A stretch of DNA of 64,000 nt from the human T2T-CHM13v2.0 reference genome, Homo sapiens (GCF_009914755.1 NC_060926.1), one strand, 5' to 3'; counted from the first letter of the stretch, positions 14,138-27,700 are shown. Numbers and translations are program-made. Notes: generated by a model not told the origin, from the letters alone.

Positions 14138-16308
14138 TTAAAATCAATTTTTAATAAAGATAGGAAATATGGTACACATTTTCAAGTAAAAATCCTATAA
14201 CATAGACAATCTTGCTGATACCATTACTTAATGTTTTTGAAACAATTAGGAAAAGGGTAATAGTATTGGATAGAAAAGTCTGTAGTTCATGCAAGTTGCT
14301 CATGCACTACACTGGTTTGGCAAGCCAGGGATATTGAAGAACTTGGATTTTCTGACTGAGAAACAGAACAGTATTTGCAAATAAGTAGGGGTTTCCTGGA
14401 ATAGAAACATAATACAGATGCTGATTCTCTTAAATAAACCTGGGCCACCAACTGTGCTTACGTTGGTTAGTATTCTGTGTTTAAAGTACCATTTTTCTGC
14501 TCAGTTTTCTTCTTTTAAGAGGAATATTGAAATACAATATATAAGATTATTATTTTATAAGTGCCAGGGGATTAGATTTCTGTGAATGATAAAGTTTAGC
14601 CTGTTTTCAAGGTGTAGGTGTTTTCAAAATATAGGTAAATTTCCAAATTAAAAAATACAAGCAGAGTCTGTTTCATAATTACATAAGAAGTTTAAACAGC
14701 AACTTAGTTTTTCACATGATATAGTTAGAATTCTTTCAGTGCTAATGTCTTAATATATAGCACTAGCAGGCTATGAAATTAGGATAATTTGAATACTGCT
14801 TGAAGTGGCAATAATATGTAATTTTGACTTTTTATCATAAATAAAGTTTAAGTTAAATTCTCAATAACCTCAACTGTTAGGCTTTTATTAGGAAATGACT
14901 TATCTTAGACATTTCAATATTTAATTAATACTGAGTGATTTCAGATTTTCTATTATAATAATATTCTTCATCTTTTCTTGAACGATTTTTTAAATTCTTT
15001 ATCTTGATTAAGCCTCACAATATTTTGTGAGATTGATGGGGCAGGAAATATGTTATAAACAAATGAAGCACTGAGAAGCAAGATACCTACCTAAGGTCAT
15101 CCCTTTATTTGATGACAGAGCCAGGGATGGTGCTGTTTACATCTTCCAGGATCATTTATGTATATGGCACTCCTTATAAACTTGGGAATGGCCGTGTAGT
15201 GACCGTCAATGTTATAGGTACTTCTCCATGGAATTATTTTCTACAATAAAGTGAAAGGATCTACCCTATCTTAAGACTGAAGACAGAACATTTGATAGCT
15301 TGAATTGTTTCATATCTCAAATTTAGAAAAGAATGTACACGGTAACAGGAAATAAATATGGGATAATCATTCCTTTATTATCAGGTTTAGAGGCTGATTT
15401 CCAATATTTAGCTATCATTTTTATAGAAAATTAAAGTGGAAATGAAACAAAGTAGATAATAACATGTTACTTTTTTCTAAGAAAAAAAACCCCAAATGTC
15501 ATGTATTCTTTGGATTTACATATATCTCTCCATTATATATATATATACACATTCTGAATAAATGTAAATGTAATTTTTTTGTAATTACTAAAATAAAATC
15601 TGTTACAATAATTATTTTGTAACTGGCGCTTTATGTGAATTTTGAATTTGTTGCTAGTTTAGGTTGGTTATAACAGGCAACAGAATTTCTGTTGCTTTAT
15701 GGTGCTGTCAGCTGCTGTTAATTTAAAGAGCTTGTGCTCATCAAATTATACTTTGATGTTTTTGAGACAAACGTTTATGAAATATTTCAAGTGTCTTTGT
15801 ATTTAATACTGTTCACCCCAATTAGCTCTGTCAAAACTTCATCACTTATCTTATTCACATCAATAAGCTTACATTTTACTCGATATTATTTAAAATGTAA
15901 CAAATGATATCAGAATATGTTTTGTCTGATTTACTTACTTTATAGATAAAAGTTGGTTAACCAGGTAGTTAAACAAATGTAGTAGTATAAATAAAATGCT
16001 CAATGTAGTATAAATAAAACAAATAAGTGTAAGGTATTCATTCTACACTTACCTTGAAAAATGTCTCTTAATAATTATGTACATATCTTTGTTATAGCCT
16101 TTAAATTCTTGCTCTGATTATTTTAAATCATTTATGTTAATATATTTTTCCCCTGATAAATTGGATGCGTGCTATCTATTCTAAACACACATTTATTGTA
16201 GATACTTTCTCTGCAGATCAGCTGGGATTTTAGAGGCTGTGTAATTATTGATCGTGTCTTGCAATTGCTCTACTTAAGAATATGAGAACAATTTTTTCTG
16301 TTTTATGT

Positions 16309-16651
<343 letters not shown>

Positions 16652-16659
16652 TAATTATC

Positions 16660-16840
16660 TGTTCTGCAAGATGCTTTATAAATATGATTCTACATAATCC
16701 TCATAACAAATGAGGTTTAGCTTTGGCATTTCTATCCACATTATACAGATGAGAAAACTGTGGCTTAGAAAGTCTTCTATTCTTAGGAGGTGTACAGACC
16801 CAGACGTGTCTGTCTATGAAGGCCAGATTTTAGCCACTAT
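16660..16840 (-). mobile_element. MIR
   Basis: AATCCTCATAAC...CATTATACAGATGAGAAAACTGTGGCTTAGA. Confidence 0.75.
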
Positions 16841-17238
16841 AATATATTGTATCCCAGGATGATTTCTATTTCAGAATTATTGGCTAGTCAGAAGTACTGA
16901 ATTAGAGTAAAGTCAGAATTGCACTATTTGACAACCTGGAGCTATAAAGAATATCATGATATGACTTTAAGTTCATTACAATACAACTTAAAGGAATCAA
17001 GTAGTTTGTCAAGGGCCTGGCAGAGTAGTGGCAGATCTAGTATTAGGTATTAAAATGTTAGCCAACTAGCTTGCTAGCAACTTTCATTTATTTAGGCTTT
17101 TAATTTTGGATTCGAAGGCTTGAGTACTGATATATTTGAGAACATTAAATAAGTCATACATTTCATGTTATATGTTCTTTATCCAAAAATCTATGTGTAC
17201 AGTTAATGAAATTTTCTTCTTTGTTTTAATGCAGTGGA

Positions 17239-17319
17239 ATGTATCCTGCTTTCATCTTGGAGTTCACCTGTGTGGCTTGGATTTATCACAGTAGCATTTG
17301 TCTTCAATCTGTGTGTTAA
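17239..17319 (+). promoter_or_regulatory. Upstream ORF (26 aa) in the GALNT13 5'UTR
   Basis: GGAATGT context; MYPAFILEFTCVAWIYHSSICLQSVC-TAA. The stop lies 19 nt before the main ATG, in a different frame. The ORF is seen directly; its translation is inferred. Confidence 0.55.
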
Positions 17320-17338
17320 CTAGAAATCAAGGAAAGAC

Positions 17339-17480
17339 ATGAGGAGATTTGTCTACTGCAAGGTGGTTCTAGCCACTTCGCTGATGTGGGTTCTTGTTGA
17401 TGTCTTCTTACTGCTGTACTTCAGTGAATGTAACAAATGTGATGACAAGAAGGAGAGATCTCTGCTGCCTGCATTGAGGG
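17339..17480 (+). CDS. GALNT13: First coding exon (partial CDS) of polypeptide N-acetylgalactosaminyltransferase 13
   Basis: Translates [47 protein letters not shown] plus 1 nt (phase 1). I recognise this as the GALNT13 N-terminus (paralog GALNT1 begins [23 protein letters not shown]). It has type II membrane topology: basic tail, then hydrophobic TM. Ends at a canonical donor GGG|GTAAGT (17481). Too short for the ORF track. Confidence 0.96.
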
Positions 17481-18568
17481 GTAAGTGCTTATGAAGCAAA
17501 TACTGTCTTTATAGAGATGAGAAAAGTGGTGCCTTGACAAAATGAGAAACTTCAGAATCAGAAGAGTTTTGCCTTAGTGAGTTAGAAGAGCATTTTGGCA
17601 GCACTATTAATGCATGTTTAACCATGGGGAAGTTACTTTACCTTTCTTGGTCTTAGGCGTCTTCTTGGAAGAAATAAGAAGAGTTAGCTAACCTCTAAGA
17701 TACCGTTCAACCTAATAAATTCTGGTGTTCTGTGACTGTATGAAAAGAACAGTTGAGTGAACGTTCAAACTGGGCAGAATTTTAAATCTAGGCTGCTAGA
17801 AGCCAAAAGCCTTTAAAGACCAAGCACATAACATAAAACGGAAAAACCACTAAAGTGAGACAGGTGGCGATTTTAGCAAACGAACTGTGCATGAATGACA
17901 CCGCTAAAGACTTCCAAAACAGTTGAAATAAAACAACCAATTTTTAAAACAAAACACATGGCGGTATGCAGATTTACCAGATTGCTGGCTGTATGTTAAG
18001 TGAAAAAGATAATTTCAAGTATACTGTAAAATTACTTTATTTCAGTATTTTCCTCTTGAGGGACCAGTTTCAAAGACTAAATATGAATGTAAACATAATA
18101 ATTTGTATGAATGGTTATTTATCAAGTAAAGCCATAGAGATTTGTTTTCTGTGAAGTTATTCCAGTTTTCTCTATGCTTTCTTTTTTGTTAACTTCAAGA
18201 TCTATAAATATATTTCTAATGTATTCCTAGAAAATTCAATACTTCTAAAATATGTAAGAGTACTCAAAATTAGTTTTATTCTCATTGAACTAACATATTC
18301 TCTGTTTGGCAAAAGTTTTCTGCATAAATATGACAAAAAGCAAGCTTCAATTGAAGTATCATGACATGTTTGTACCTTTTGGAAAAGTGAATCTAAATTA
18401 TCAAGTTGAGATTTACATTTATTTAATGAATATGATCTGCTTTTAATGTTATACATATTTTTGAGATATTTATTGAACAAAATATTTAATAAACAGAATC
18501 TCATTAACACTATCAGGTTACATGAAATTTAGGGAAACAGAAGAGCATTTCCAAAATTTAATTTTTGT

Positions 18569-18656
18569 TCAAAGAGTACTTTAGACATGTTGAGTTTGCT
18601 TTAGATTGCAAATCAAAGATTACTTTAGACATGTTGAGTTTGCTTTAGATTACAGA
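18569..18656. repeat. 44-bp tandem duplication (2 copies)
   Basis: TCAAAGAGTACTTTAGACATGTTGAGTTTGCTTTAGATTGCAAA / TCAAAGATTACTTTAGACATGTTGAGTTTGCTTTAGATTACAGA; 41/44 identical. Confidence 0.95.
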
Positions 18657-19267
18657 AATACTCTTGTTCATTTAGAGAAGTTCTGAATCTTCTGAATCGC
18701 TTCCTTGTCTTTTAAAATGGAACTTGCATTTTAGATTTTGACTAATACAAATAATTTAAAAAAATTTGCAAGTGACTGATGCTAGACCCATTTAGGTAGT
18801 TTACATGCATTTTTTATGCCTTTATACTTCAGTTATTCTGAGAGGGGAACATTATAAGTCCATGTTTTTGACAAATGAACATGGGGAATGATTTGCTGAT
18901 CTTTAGTTAAAACCCCAGAATTAATCAGCCTTCTGAGCTTCTTTGTCAGAATCAGTTGAGTTGCTGCTTGGCTGAATGTAGAAAAGTGTTTTTGATGGAT
19001 TACATCAGTTTGGAATGATCACTCTGTCATTTGTTGAAGGAAACCATCTAGGTTGGTCACATACAAAAAATGTAATAATCTGATTCAGCAAAACTTTGAT
19101 AGCCTTTTCTGCCAGTAACACAAAGGTACAGTTTTGCTGATTTATGTCCTTAATGCTCCTTAAGTCTTAAATCTCAAAATGTGAAATTTAACAATGCAAG
19201 GCAAAAATAACTTTTCCTTGTACTTAAATTGTAAAATTAAACTATTGTTCTCTTTGTTGATAAGACT

Positions 19268-19622
19268 TGTTATTTTACTTCATTCAGGTTGTTAAAAAAA
19301 TATAGACTTGGTGGCTAACAAGGAACAGACATTTATTTCTTACAATTTTGGAGGCTGGGGATTCCAAGATGAAGGTGCTAGCAGATGCAACGTCTGATAA
19401 GGGGCTGTTCCTTGTAAACAGCTGTCTTCTCACTAACCTCACTAGGCAGAATAGTTGAGAAATCTCTCTGGGGCATATTTTATAAGGGCACTAATTGCAT
19501 TCATGAAGGTTCCACCTTCATGACTTAATCACCCCCCAAAGGCCCTATCTCCTAATATCACTTTGAAGGTTAGGATTTCAGTATATGAATTTTGCAGAGA
19601 CACAAACATTCAGTACATTGTA
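19268..19622 (-). mobile_element. MLT1A-like solo LTR
   Basis: ATTTATTTCTTACAATTTTGGAGGCTGGGGATTCCAAGATGAAGGTGC...TATAAGGGCACTAAT...GACACAAACATTCAG. Confidence 0.85.
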
Positions 19623-20189
19623 CTACTTTAAAGTTTTATATTAATACTATTTGTCTGGAATAAATGGAAAATAGACTTGAGGGTTTTAATTTCATTTTCA
19701 GTTGTCACTTGTTATTTCAGAATTTTTACTTTAGGAGTTTGCACCTTGTTTTCAAAATATTTTATTTGTAAGCAGATGATGCTGTGCAAAGTGTACCTAA
19801 CTGAAATTTTCACATTTTAGGTCTGCTAAAAACAGGCTTTTTTACTTAAAAAAAGATCCTTCTGGACCTGTGCATCTCCATTATTAAAGCAAAGGTTTTG
19901 GAGTAGGCAGTTTCTAAGTTCCCTTATATGTCTAAATTTTAAACAATTCCTAAGGACCCAATATTAACATACACTGTTAATGAATTTTTGACATATTTTC
20001 ATTCATTCACTCATTCATTATTTATTAAGTTCTTACTCTATGCAAATCCTGGGGATATAACTGAGGTCCCTGATGTTTGGGACATAAGGGAACAAGGCTC
20101 CCACCTGCCATGGAGCTTAAAGTCAAATATATAGTAAACATTTTTGTCTTTCTGTATGTATTTATGTGACTGTGTGTGTGTGTGCGTGT

Positions 20190-22119
20190 AATCATGTGCC
20201 ATATAATGATTTTTTGCTCAACAACTGACTGCATATATGATGGTGATCCCATAATATTTTAAAGTAATGATCACTGATGTTGAGTTTTTTTTTTTTCATA
20301 TGATTGTTGGCTGCACATATGCCTTCTTTTGAGGAGTGTCTGTTCATGTCTTTTGCCCACTTTTTGGTGGTTTTTTTTTCTTGTAAATTTGTTTTAAGTC
20401 CCTTATAGATGCAGGATATTAGACCTTTGTCAGATGCATAGATTGCAAAAATTTTCTCCCATTCTGTAGGTTGTCTGTTTACTCTGTTGTTAGTTTCTTT
20501 TGCTGTGCAGAAGCTTTTTTGTTTAATTAGATCCCATTTGTCAATTTTTGCTTTTGTTGAAATTGCTTTTGGTGTCTTCATCATGAAATCTTTTTCTGTG
20601 CCCATGTCCTGGATGGTATTGCCTAGGTTGTCTTCCAGGGTTATTATAGTTTTGGGTTTTACATTCAAGTCTTTAATCCATCTTGAGTTAATTTTCCATA
20701 TAGTATAAGGAAGGGGTCCAGTTTCAATTTTCTGCATATGCCTAGCCAGTTCTCCTAGCACCATTTATTGAATAGGGAATCCTTTCCCCATTGCTTATTT
20801 TGGTCAGGTTTGTCAAAGATCAGATAGTTGTAGGTGTGTGAACTTATTTCTGGGTTCTGTATTCTGTTCCATTGGTCTATATGTCTGTTTTTGTACCAGT
20901 GCCATGCTGTTTTGGTTACTGTAGCCCTGTAGTATAGTTTGGTGTCAAGTAGAATGATGCCTCTAGCTTTGTTCTTTTTGCTTAGGATTGCTTTGACTTT
21001 TGGGCTTTTTTTGGTTTCATATGAATTTTAAAATAGTCTTTTCTATTTCTGTGAAGAATGTTAATGGCAATTTAATGGGACTAAAAAAAAAAAGCTCAAC
21101 ATGACTGATTATTAGCTAATTGCAAATCAAAGCCGCAATGAGATTCCATCTCACGCCAATCAGAATGGCTATTACTAAAAAGTCAAAAAATAACATATGC
21201 TGGCAAGGTTGTGGAGAAAAAGGAACACTTCTTTCCTGTTGGTGGGAGTGTAAATTAGTTCAACTATTGTGGAAGACAATGTGGTGATTGATTCATCAGA
21301 GACCTAAAGACAGAAATACTATTCAACCCAGCAATCCCATTATTGTATATACCCTAAGGAACATAAATTGTTCTATTATAAAGAGACATCCATGCATATG
21401 TTCATTGAAACACTATTCACATTAGCAAAGACATGGAGTCAACCTAAATGCCCATCAATCATAGGCTGGATAAAGAAAATATGGTACATATACACTATGG
21501 AATACTATGCGCCATAAAAAAGAATGAGATCATGTCCTTTGCAGGGACGTGGATGGAGCTGGAGGCAGTTAGCCTTAGCAAACTAATGCAGGAACAGAAA
21601 ACCAAATAGCTCATGTTCTCACTTATAAGTGGGAGCTAAACAGTGAGGACACATGGACACGTAGACAGGAACAAAACACTCTAAGGTGGAGGGCAGGAGA
21701 AGAGAGAAGATCAGGAAAAATAATTAATGAGTACTAGGCCTAATACCTCGGTGATGAATAAGTGTGTACAACAAACCCAAGTGACACATGTTTACTGATG
21801 GAACAAACCTGCACATGTGCCCCTGAACTTAAAATAAAAGTTAAACAAATTATAACATTTTACTGTACCTTTTCTATGTTTGGATCTGTTTAGATACACA
21901 AATACAATTGTGTTATAATTTCCTATAGTATTGAGCATAGTAACATGTTATACAAGTTTGTAGCCTAGGAGCAATAGGCTATACCATACAGCCTAAGTGT
22001 GCAGTAGGCTATACTATTTAGTCTTGTGTAAGTACATTCTATGATGTTTGCACAATGATGACATCGCCTAGTGATGCACTTCTCAGAACACTTCCCCATC
22101 CTTATGCAACGAATGACTG
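20190..22119. mobile_element. Tigger3 (Golem)-derived DNA transposon, split by the L1
   Basis: Left part TCATGTGCCATATAATG...GATGGTGATCCCATAA (~20190-20260). Right part TTTTACTGTACCTTTTCTATG...GTAGCCTAGGAGCAATAGGCTATACCAT...GAATGACTG (~21850-22119). Confidence 0.8.
20265..21848 (+). mobile_element. L1PA element with 5' inversion (twin priming)
   Basis: 20265-21080 is antisense ORF2 (ORF 20192-20764, [16 protein letters not shown]...EWEKIFA). 21081-21848 is the sense end of ORF2 plus 3'UTR, ending AACTTAAAATAAAAG. Confidence 0.92.
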
Positions 22120-22234
22120 AATATATATTCAACTGAAAAGGAAAAGTAAGTTAGAAATGATTATAAAACATAATTGATATTAGGATCAGGAAGAAGAGGA
22201 CACTGGATCTAGAGTATTAGATAAAATTTCTCAA

Positions 22235-22367
22235 GCCAGGCATGGTGGTGTGTGCCTGTAATCCCAGGTACTCAGAAAACTGAGGTGGGAGGATTGCTTG
22301 AGTTCAGGAGTTTGAGTCCAGGCTGGGCAATATAGTGAGACTTCATCTCAAAAAAGAAAAAAAAAAA
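22235..22367 (+). mobile_element. FLAM-type Alu monomer
   Basis: GCCAGGCATGGTGG...GGAGGATTGCTTGAGTTCAGGAGTTTGAG...CATCTC followed by an A tail. Confidence 0.9.
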
Positions 22368-22459
22368 CCTTCACAAAGGCTGTAACATTAAAATTGAGGT
22401 TTACAGCATAAGAGTAGGAAATAACTAGTAAAAAGCAAAAAAATACTAAAATTCTAATA

Positions 22460-24000
22460 GAATGATAAAGATTCCAGAAAGCCCAGGATACTTGTAAAGG
22501 AGAAAAATACAGAGTGGGGATGTGGCAAGTAACAGCTCTTAAAATTTAGTGTAATTAAGGCTATATAATTGGAACAGAGAAGCACAGGGGGAGACAAATT
22601 GTCCAAAGGAAGAGAATTAGCCCTCTGATGGCGAACCACATGTGTACATATGTTTGGAACATTCTTTATATGACAGGAGAGGCACTGCAGATCAGTGGGG
22701 AAAAGAGAGGCTGTTCAATAAATGGAACCGAGAATAAAGTGGCAATCCATGTGGAAAGAGATGAAATTGGATGCCTAACTCATGTCATGAAGTTTGGATT
22801 TAGGACTTAAATGTCAAAAACAAAATTTAAACTTTAGCAGAAAAATATTTAGACATCTATAAGACCTTGGAATAAAAAAATTCTTAAAACATAAAAAAAT
22901 TACCGCAAAAAATATTGATAAATTTGACTATGTTAAACTTGAGAAAGTTAGTTCATTCAAATGTACCTTAAAGAAGATAAAAAGAGAAGTTAAAAATCGT
23001 AGAATATATATAAAGCAAACGCAACTGACCAATTATTAAGTACGTATAAGTAACTTGATTGTTATATATATCAAGTATATATAAAATTTTTTCTATAATT
23101 AATAAAAAAGCCCAAATAACCCAATAGAAAAAAATGGGCAACAGAACTGAAGTGACACTTCATAGAAAATGAAACACATATAGCAAATAAATTTGTGAAG
23201 AAATAATTAACATGAACTTTACTTGGAAAAATGCAGATCAAGGCTACAGTGATATATCACTTATATTTAGTCAGTTGGCAAAAACTATAAATGGCTGATA
23301 ATACCAATTGCTAAAGGTGATGTGTCTCTACATTTTTATAATAACTTCAGATAACAGTTGGACATTATCTCTGAAATCTGAACATTCATATATAACTCAG
23401 CACTTATAGTCATATACCCAAGAAAATTTTTCACATAAACAAAATATCCATAGCACTATAATTCATAAAAATAAAGCCTGAAAATAATCCATAGATCTAT
23501 TAATGGAAAAGTTGATTAATAAATGTTGGTATATCAATACAAGGAGATCTTATATAGTAGTTTAATAGTTACTATGAATGCACTTCAGAGACTTCCATCA
23601 ACATGATTGAATCTTGAACATATAATAGTAAATTATGTACAAAAACTACCTATTGAGTACTATGTTCACAGCCTGTGTGACACGATAATTTGTACCCCAA
23701 ACCTGAGCATCGCACAATATATCCATGTAACAAACTTGCACATGTACCCCGAATCTAAAATAAAATTATAAGAAAGAAAAAAGTTGTATCCTTCAAAGAT
23801 TATATACAGTATAATACTGCTTAAAACACTAAAAGTAACTAAAATTTAAAAAATGTAGTATTTAAAAATATAGAAAAATACAACAAAACTTTACAAAAGC
23901 CAAAAAAGACTAATTATGAATATGGGAATTAGGATGTTGTCTGTCATGTGTACGGGAAATTGGGGTGTGAGATGGGGGTGAAAATTTTGACTGAATGTAG
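22460..24000 (+). mobile_element. Ancient L1M ORF2/3' remnant, with a younger L1 3' tip at ~23635-23780
   Basis: TAATTGGAACAGA...TTCAATAAATGG...AACCCAATAGAAAAAAATGGGCAA; insert AAAACTACCTATTGAGTACTATG...CCATGTAACAAACTTGCACATGTACCCC. Confidence 0.75.
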
Positions 24001-24099
24001 GGTATTATTACAGTCCTAGATTTGATTTGGATATGGGTTTGATGTGTCTTTTTCTCTATGTGGATAACTAAATAAGTGAATAAGATACACTGAATGGAT

Positions 24100-24580
24100 T
24101 TTAAAAGTGGGAAGCCACTGAATGGACTTAAAAATCAAAGCAAACAGGATAAGAGTTGTGTCACAGAAAGATTGCTGTGGATACAATGTAGAGAATGGAT
24201 TAGAGAAGAGCTATTCTTTCCAGGAGGTCTGGGTAGGAGTCTGTGGCAGTATTCCATGTATTCTGTGTAGGAAATGATGTCTGCTTAGAGCAAAATAGTG
24301 CAAAATGAGGTGTAAGAGGAGTAGGTAAAACCAAGAGGCATTTAAGATATGATATTAAGAGAGCTGGATTGCTTGCTTGATTCTGGCAGGTGTAGGAGAG
24401 GGGAGTGTCAAGGTCAAGTCTCTGGATTTTTGCAGAAGTTTGTTTGATCCAATTTCCTGAGAGAAGGAAGGATGTAGGAGATGATTTGAGGGTGGACTTT
24501 GAGTTTGTTTTGGACACGTTGAGTTTGATATGCCTGTTAGGGCTCTGAAAGGAACTGTTCAGTAGGAAGTTGGCTATATC
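24100..24580 (-). mobile_element. L2 fragment
   Basis: GGGAAGCCACTGAATGG...TTTGGACACGTTGAGTTTGATATGCCTG. Confidence 0.7.
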
Positions 24581-25452
24581 CTTAAACTCTAAATATCAAA
24601 CTTGAAAAAACAGTCACTTTAATGGACATTTTTCTAAAATGGATTACATTCTGACCTTTTATTAAAGTGAAGTTTATGGACTGTAATGGAATCTTTGTTA
24701 CAGAGTCAGTATTATCATTTTACACATCAATTATTGAATGATGTTGTAAAAAAGAAATGATTTCAGTGACTTTATGGGAGCATGTAGTTCTATTCCAATA
24801 TTAGATACAGACCCATGAATGCTATTTGTTTTTCTGTTTTTTAAAGGACTGCTCTTGGGCAACATAAGTACTTGTTAGGGGATGATATTAACCCTTTCGT
24901 GCCACTCTGATGCCACCTGGAATTAAAGTGCACTAAAAATATTTCTGACTCCTAAATGGTATGGAATACTAAGTGCTGCTACTCCTAATTTGGCAGAGTT
25001 AGAATAGGTATTTGAGAGAATAGGCATTTAAAAAGCCCAATGATGCCACAGTGCACCTGCAAACACTTTGTGGAAATTTGAGGGCATGTGGTAGGTTTGC
25101 ATGGGCGTTATGACATAGTGGATCCTTGTCCTGGCTCCCCCACTCATATTCTCAGGCAAGTAGATTAATCTCTCTGGGCCTCAGTTGTAATATGTAATAT
25201 GAAATGAATATGAATCATGATTTTTAAAATCATGCCAGTCTGAAGTGAATGATTATATGTTTCTAGCTTTAAGAAAATAAGCCTATAGTAAACCAGCTAT
25301 TTTATTATCTAGCCTTTGGTTAGTCTACAGATAATATTTGGTTTGAGATGAGAAATGGTCATGCAGAGAAGACACAATGGGAAAGGATCTGCTTAGAAAC
25401 TCCGGAGGTTTCTTATCATCACAGAGGGCAAAAGGGATATGATGTTATGATA

Positions 25453-26001
25453 TGTATTACTCACAGAGTTATCTAGAGGGACAGAACTAATAGGATAGAT
25501 GTATATATAAAGGGGAGTTTATTAAGGAGTATTGACTGACACAATCACAAGATGAAGTCCCACAATAGGCTATCTGCAAGCTGAGGAGCAAGAAAGCCAG
25601 TCCGAGTCCCAAAACCTCAAAAGGAAAGCTGACAGTGCAGCCTTCAATCTGTGGTTGAAGTTACAACAGCCCCTGGCAAACCACTGGTGTAAGTCCAAAA
25701 GTCCAAAAGCTGAAGAACTTGGAGTTCAATGTTCGAGGGCAGGGAGCATCCATCACGGAAGAAAGATGAAGGCCAGAAGACTTAGCCAGTATAGTCCTTC
25801 CACGTTCCTCTGCCTGCTTTTATCCTAACCATGCTGGCAGCGGATTAGATGGTGCCCACTCAGATTGAGGGTGGGTCTGCGTCTCTCAGTCCACTGACTC
25901 AAATGTTAGTCTCTTTTGGCAATACACACACACATACACCCAGGATCAATACCTTGCTTCCTTCAATCCAATCAAGTTGACACTCAATATTAACTGTCAC
26001 A
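25453..26001 (-). mobile_element. MLT2A2-like (HERV-L) solo LTR
   Basis: TGTATT...CTAGAGGGACAGAACTAATAGGATAG...CAAGTTGACACTCAATATTAACTGTCACA; 5-bp TSD TGATA at 25448-25452 and 26002-26006. Confidence 0.93.
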
Positions 26002-26164
26002 TGATATTCTAGAAGGGAAGGAAACCTACCTTTCTTTGTCTTATTCTGAACCTTAAACATATGACATATGCATAGGAAATGAAATGAAAGTTACTTGAAA
26101 AAAGGGAAATAGCAAAGCAAGAATTTCTGATTCTATAGAAAAAAGATACATACATTAGTCAATA

Positions 26165-26360
26165 GTAATAACACAATAATAATTTTAAGTATTAACTATT
26201 CTAAATTATTTACAAGTGCTACAACTAACACTACAAGTGTTAGTAAATTCTCACAAAAAAATCTGTAAAGTTGGCATTATTATTATTATTATTTTACATG
26301 TGAGGAACTGAGACAAAGAGAGGGTAAAGAGATCTGCCAGAACTTTTACAACCAATGGAA
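26165..26360 (-). mobile_element. MIR
   Basis: TATTATTATTTTACATGTGAGGAACTGAGACAAAGAGAGGGTAA core. Confidence 0.7.
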
Positions 26361-27479
26361 TGAGCTTTGGTTATTATAGTGTAAGTTCACAAAATGATTC
26401 TGTCATCAGTAAATACCGGTTTGCATTGGAATTCAAGTACTGTGTTTTCATTTGGATACCAGTGTGGAGATACACATTCTGAAAACTCCGTGTTTTGTCT
26501 TTACTCTCAGAGACATTCTACACCCTCCAGGTCTCCCTAGCCTGTAGGATGTGTAAATCTCAGCCAGGAAAATATTTACTAGTGATCTTTCTGCTTGCAG
26601 ATAATTAGTAAGACAGTTATCACCTTCTCTGGCATTTTAAGTTGCTCTTATTCACTTTTGTCCCTCAGACCTCCCCAATGCTGCTCTGAATTGGGGGAAA
26701 TCAAAATGAGTGGAATTGCTGACCAATGACTTCAGTTCAAAACATTTACATTTTTCTTGGTGCTGCCAGGGAGGCTAAGGTTTCTTCTCATAAATCCAGG
26801 GAGACAGATGGCCTTGCTCTCTTACATGTTTGGCAAAAGGCTGTTGTGTCAGCCTTTTCTATTTTTGTTTTTTAAAATTATCTCCTCCTTATAGCCATGC
26901 ACTCATTTATTAAACAGCAAATGTTTGTTGATTTTGTCTGATTAATCTTTGGTGCTTTGGGGAAGAATTCCTATGTTTACATAAGGGAGAACTAAAGAAT
27001 TAAAGCAATAAATTAAATTAAAGCAATAAAACTAACAGCAAATTTTTAAAATATATGGCTTCATCTTTTGCAAGATAGGTAGAGGGTATGATTGATTAAA
27101 ATGCATTGTCAGTATTGGAATTGCCCTTAATAAGTTATAATGACCACTGGAATGTTGAGATTATAATATTTATAATTGTAAAACAGTGGAATATACCAAC
27201 ACAATTGATTTGGATTAAGGGCATATATGTCCCGGATAATTTTCAATCAGTTCTATATACAGTTTCCCAAAATTAATAGGCCTTATAAAATTTTGACCGC
27301 TGATATTTGCTTTGCTCTTTCATACTCTTATCCACAATTCACTCTGACCCTTCTGCTCTTCTACATGGGCATAGTAATGTCAGGAATAACAATTAATTAT
27401 AATCAAGATCACAATTTATTTATTTTAATAAATAATTATAGTTACTATAATAATAATTTATTATAATAAATAAATAATG

Positions 27480-27700
27480 AAAAATTATTAGGTTTACTGT
27501 GCTAGGTGCTTTACAAGCAATATTTTGAGTAACTTTAAAAGCATCATTAAAAGGAGGTACTATTATTATACCCATTTACAAATGAGAAACTGGGCTATGG
27601 AAAGATTATTTAAATTCCCCAAGGTTACAAACCTCTGCAAGGACTCACAGCTGGTTTGTCAGACTTTTGAGCCCATATGTTGAAACAGTAGACTGTGTTG
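27480..27700 (-). mobile_element. MIR
   Basis: GAGGTACTATTATTATACCCATTTACAAATGAGAAACTGGG...CCCAAGGTTACA. Confidence 0.75.

Larger units (their letters stand above)
17235..17480 (+). other. GALNT13: Whole GALNT13 exon (104 nt 5'UTR + 142 nt CDS)
   Basis: Acceptor TTTTCTTCTTTGTTTTAATGCAG| ends at 17234 with a polypyrimidine tract; donor GTAAGT at 17481-17486. Confidence 0.88.

Noticed and set aside
18583-18636. Two AGACATGTTG p53-like half-sites
   Set aside because: Each has a mismatch and they are 34 bp apart, not a canonical response element.
18569-18656. Repeat-spacer-repeat look suggesting CRISPR
   Set aside because: Only two copies, it is a simple tandem duplication, and the context is mammalian with no cas genes.
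20192-20764. 190-aa ORF, the longest in the window
   Set aside because: A fragment of L1 ORF2 in the inverted block, not an independent gene.
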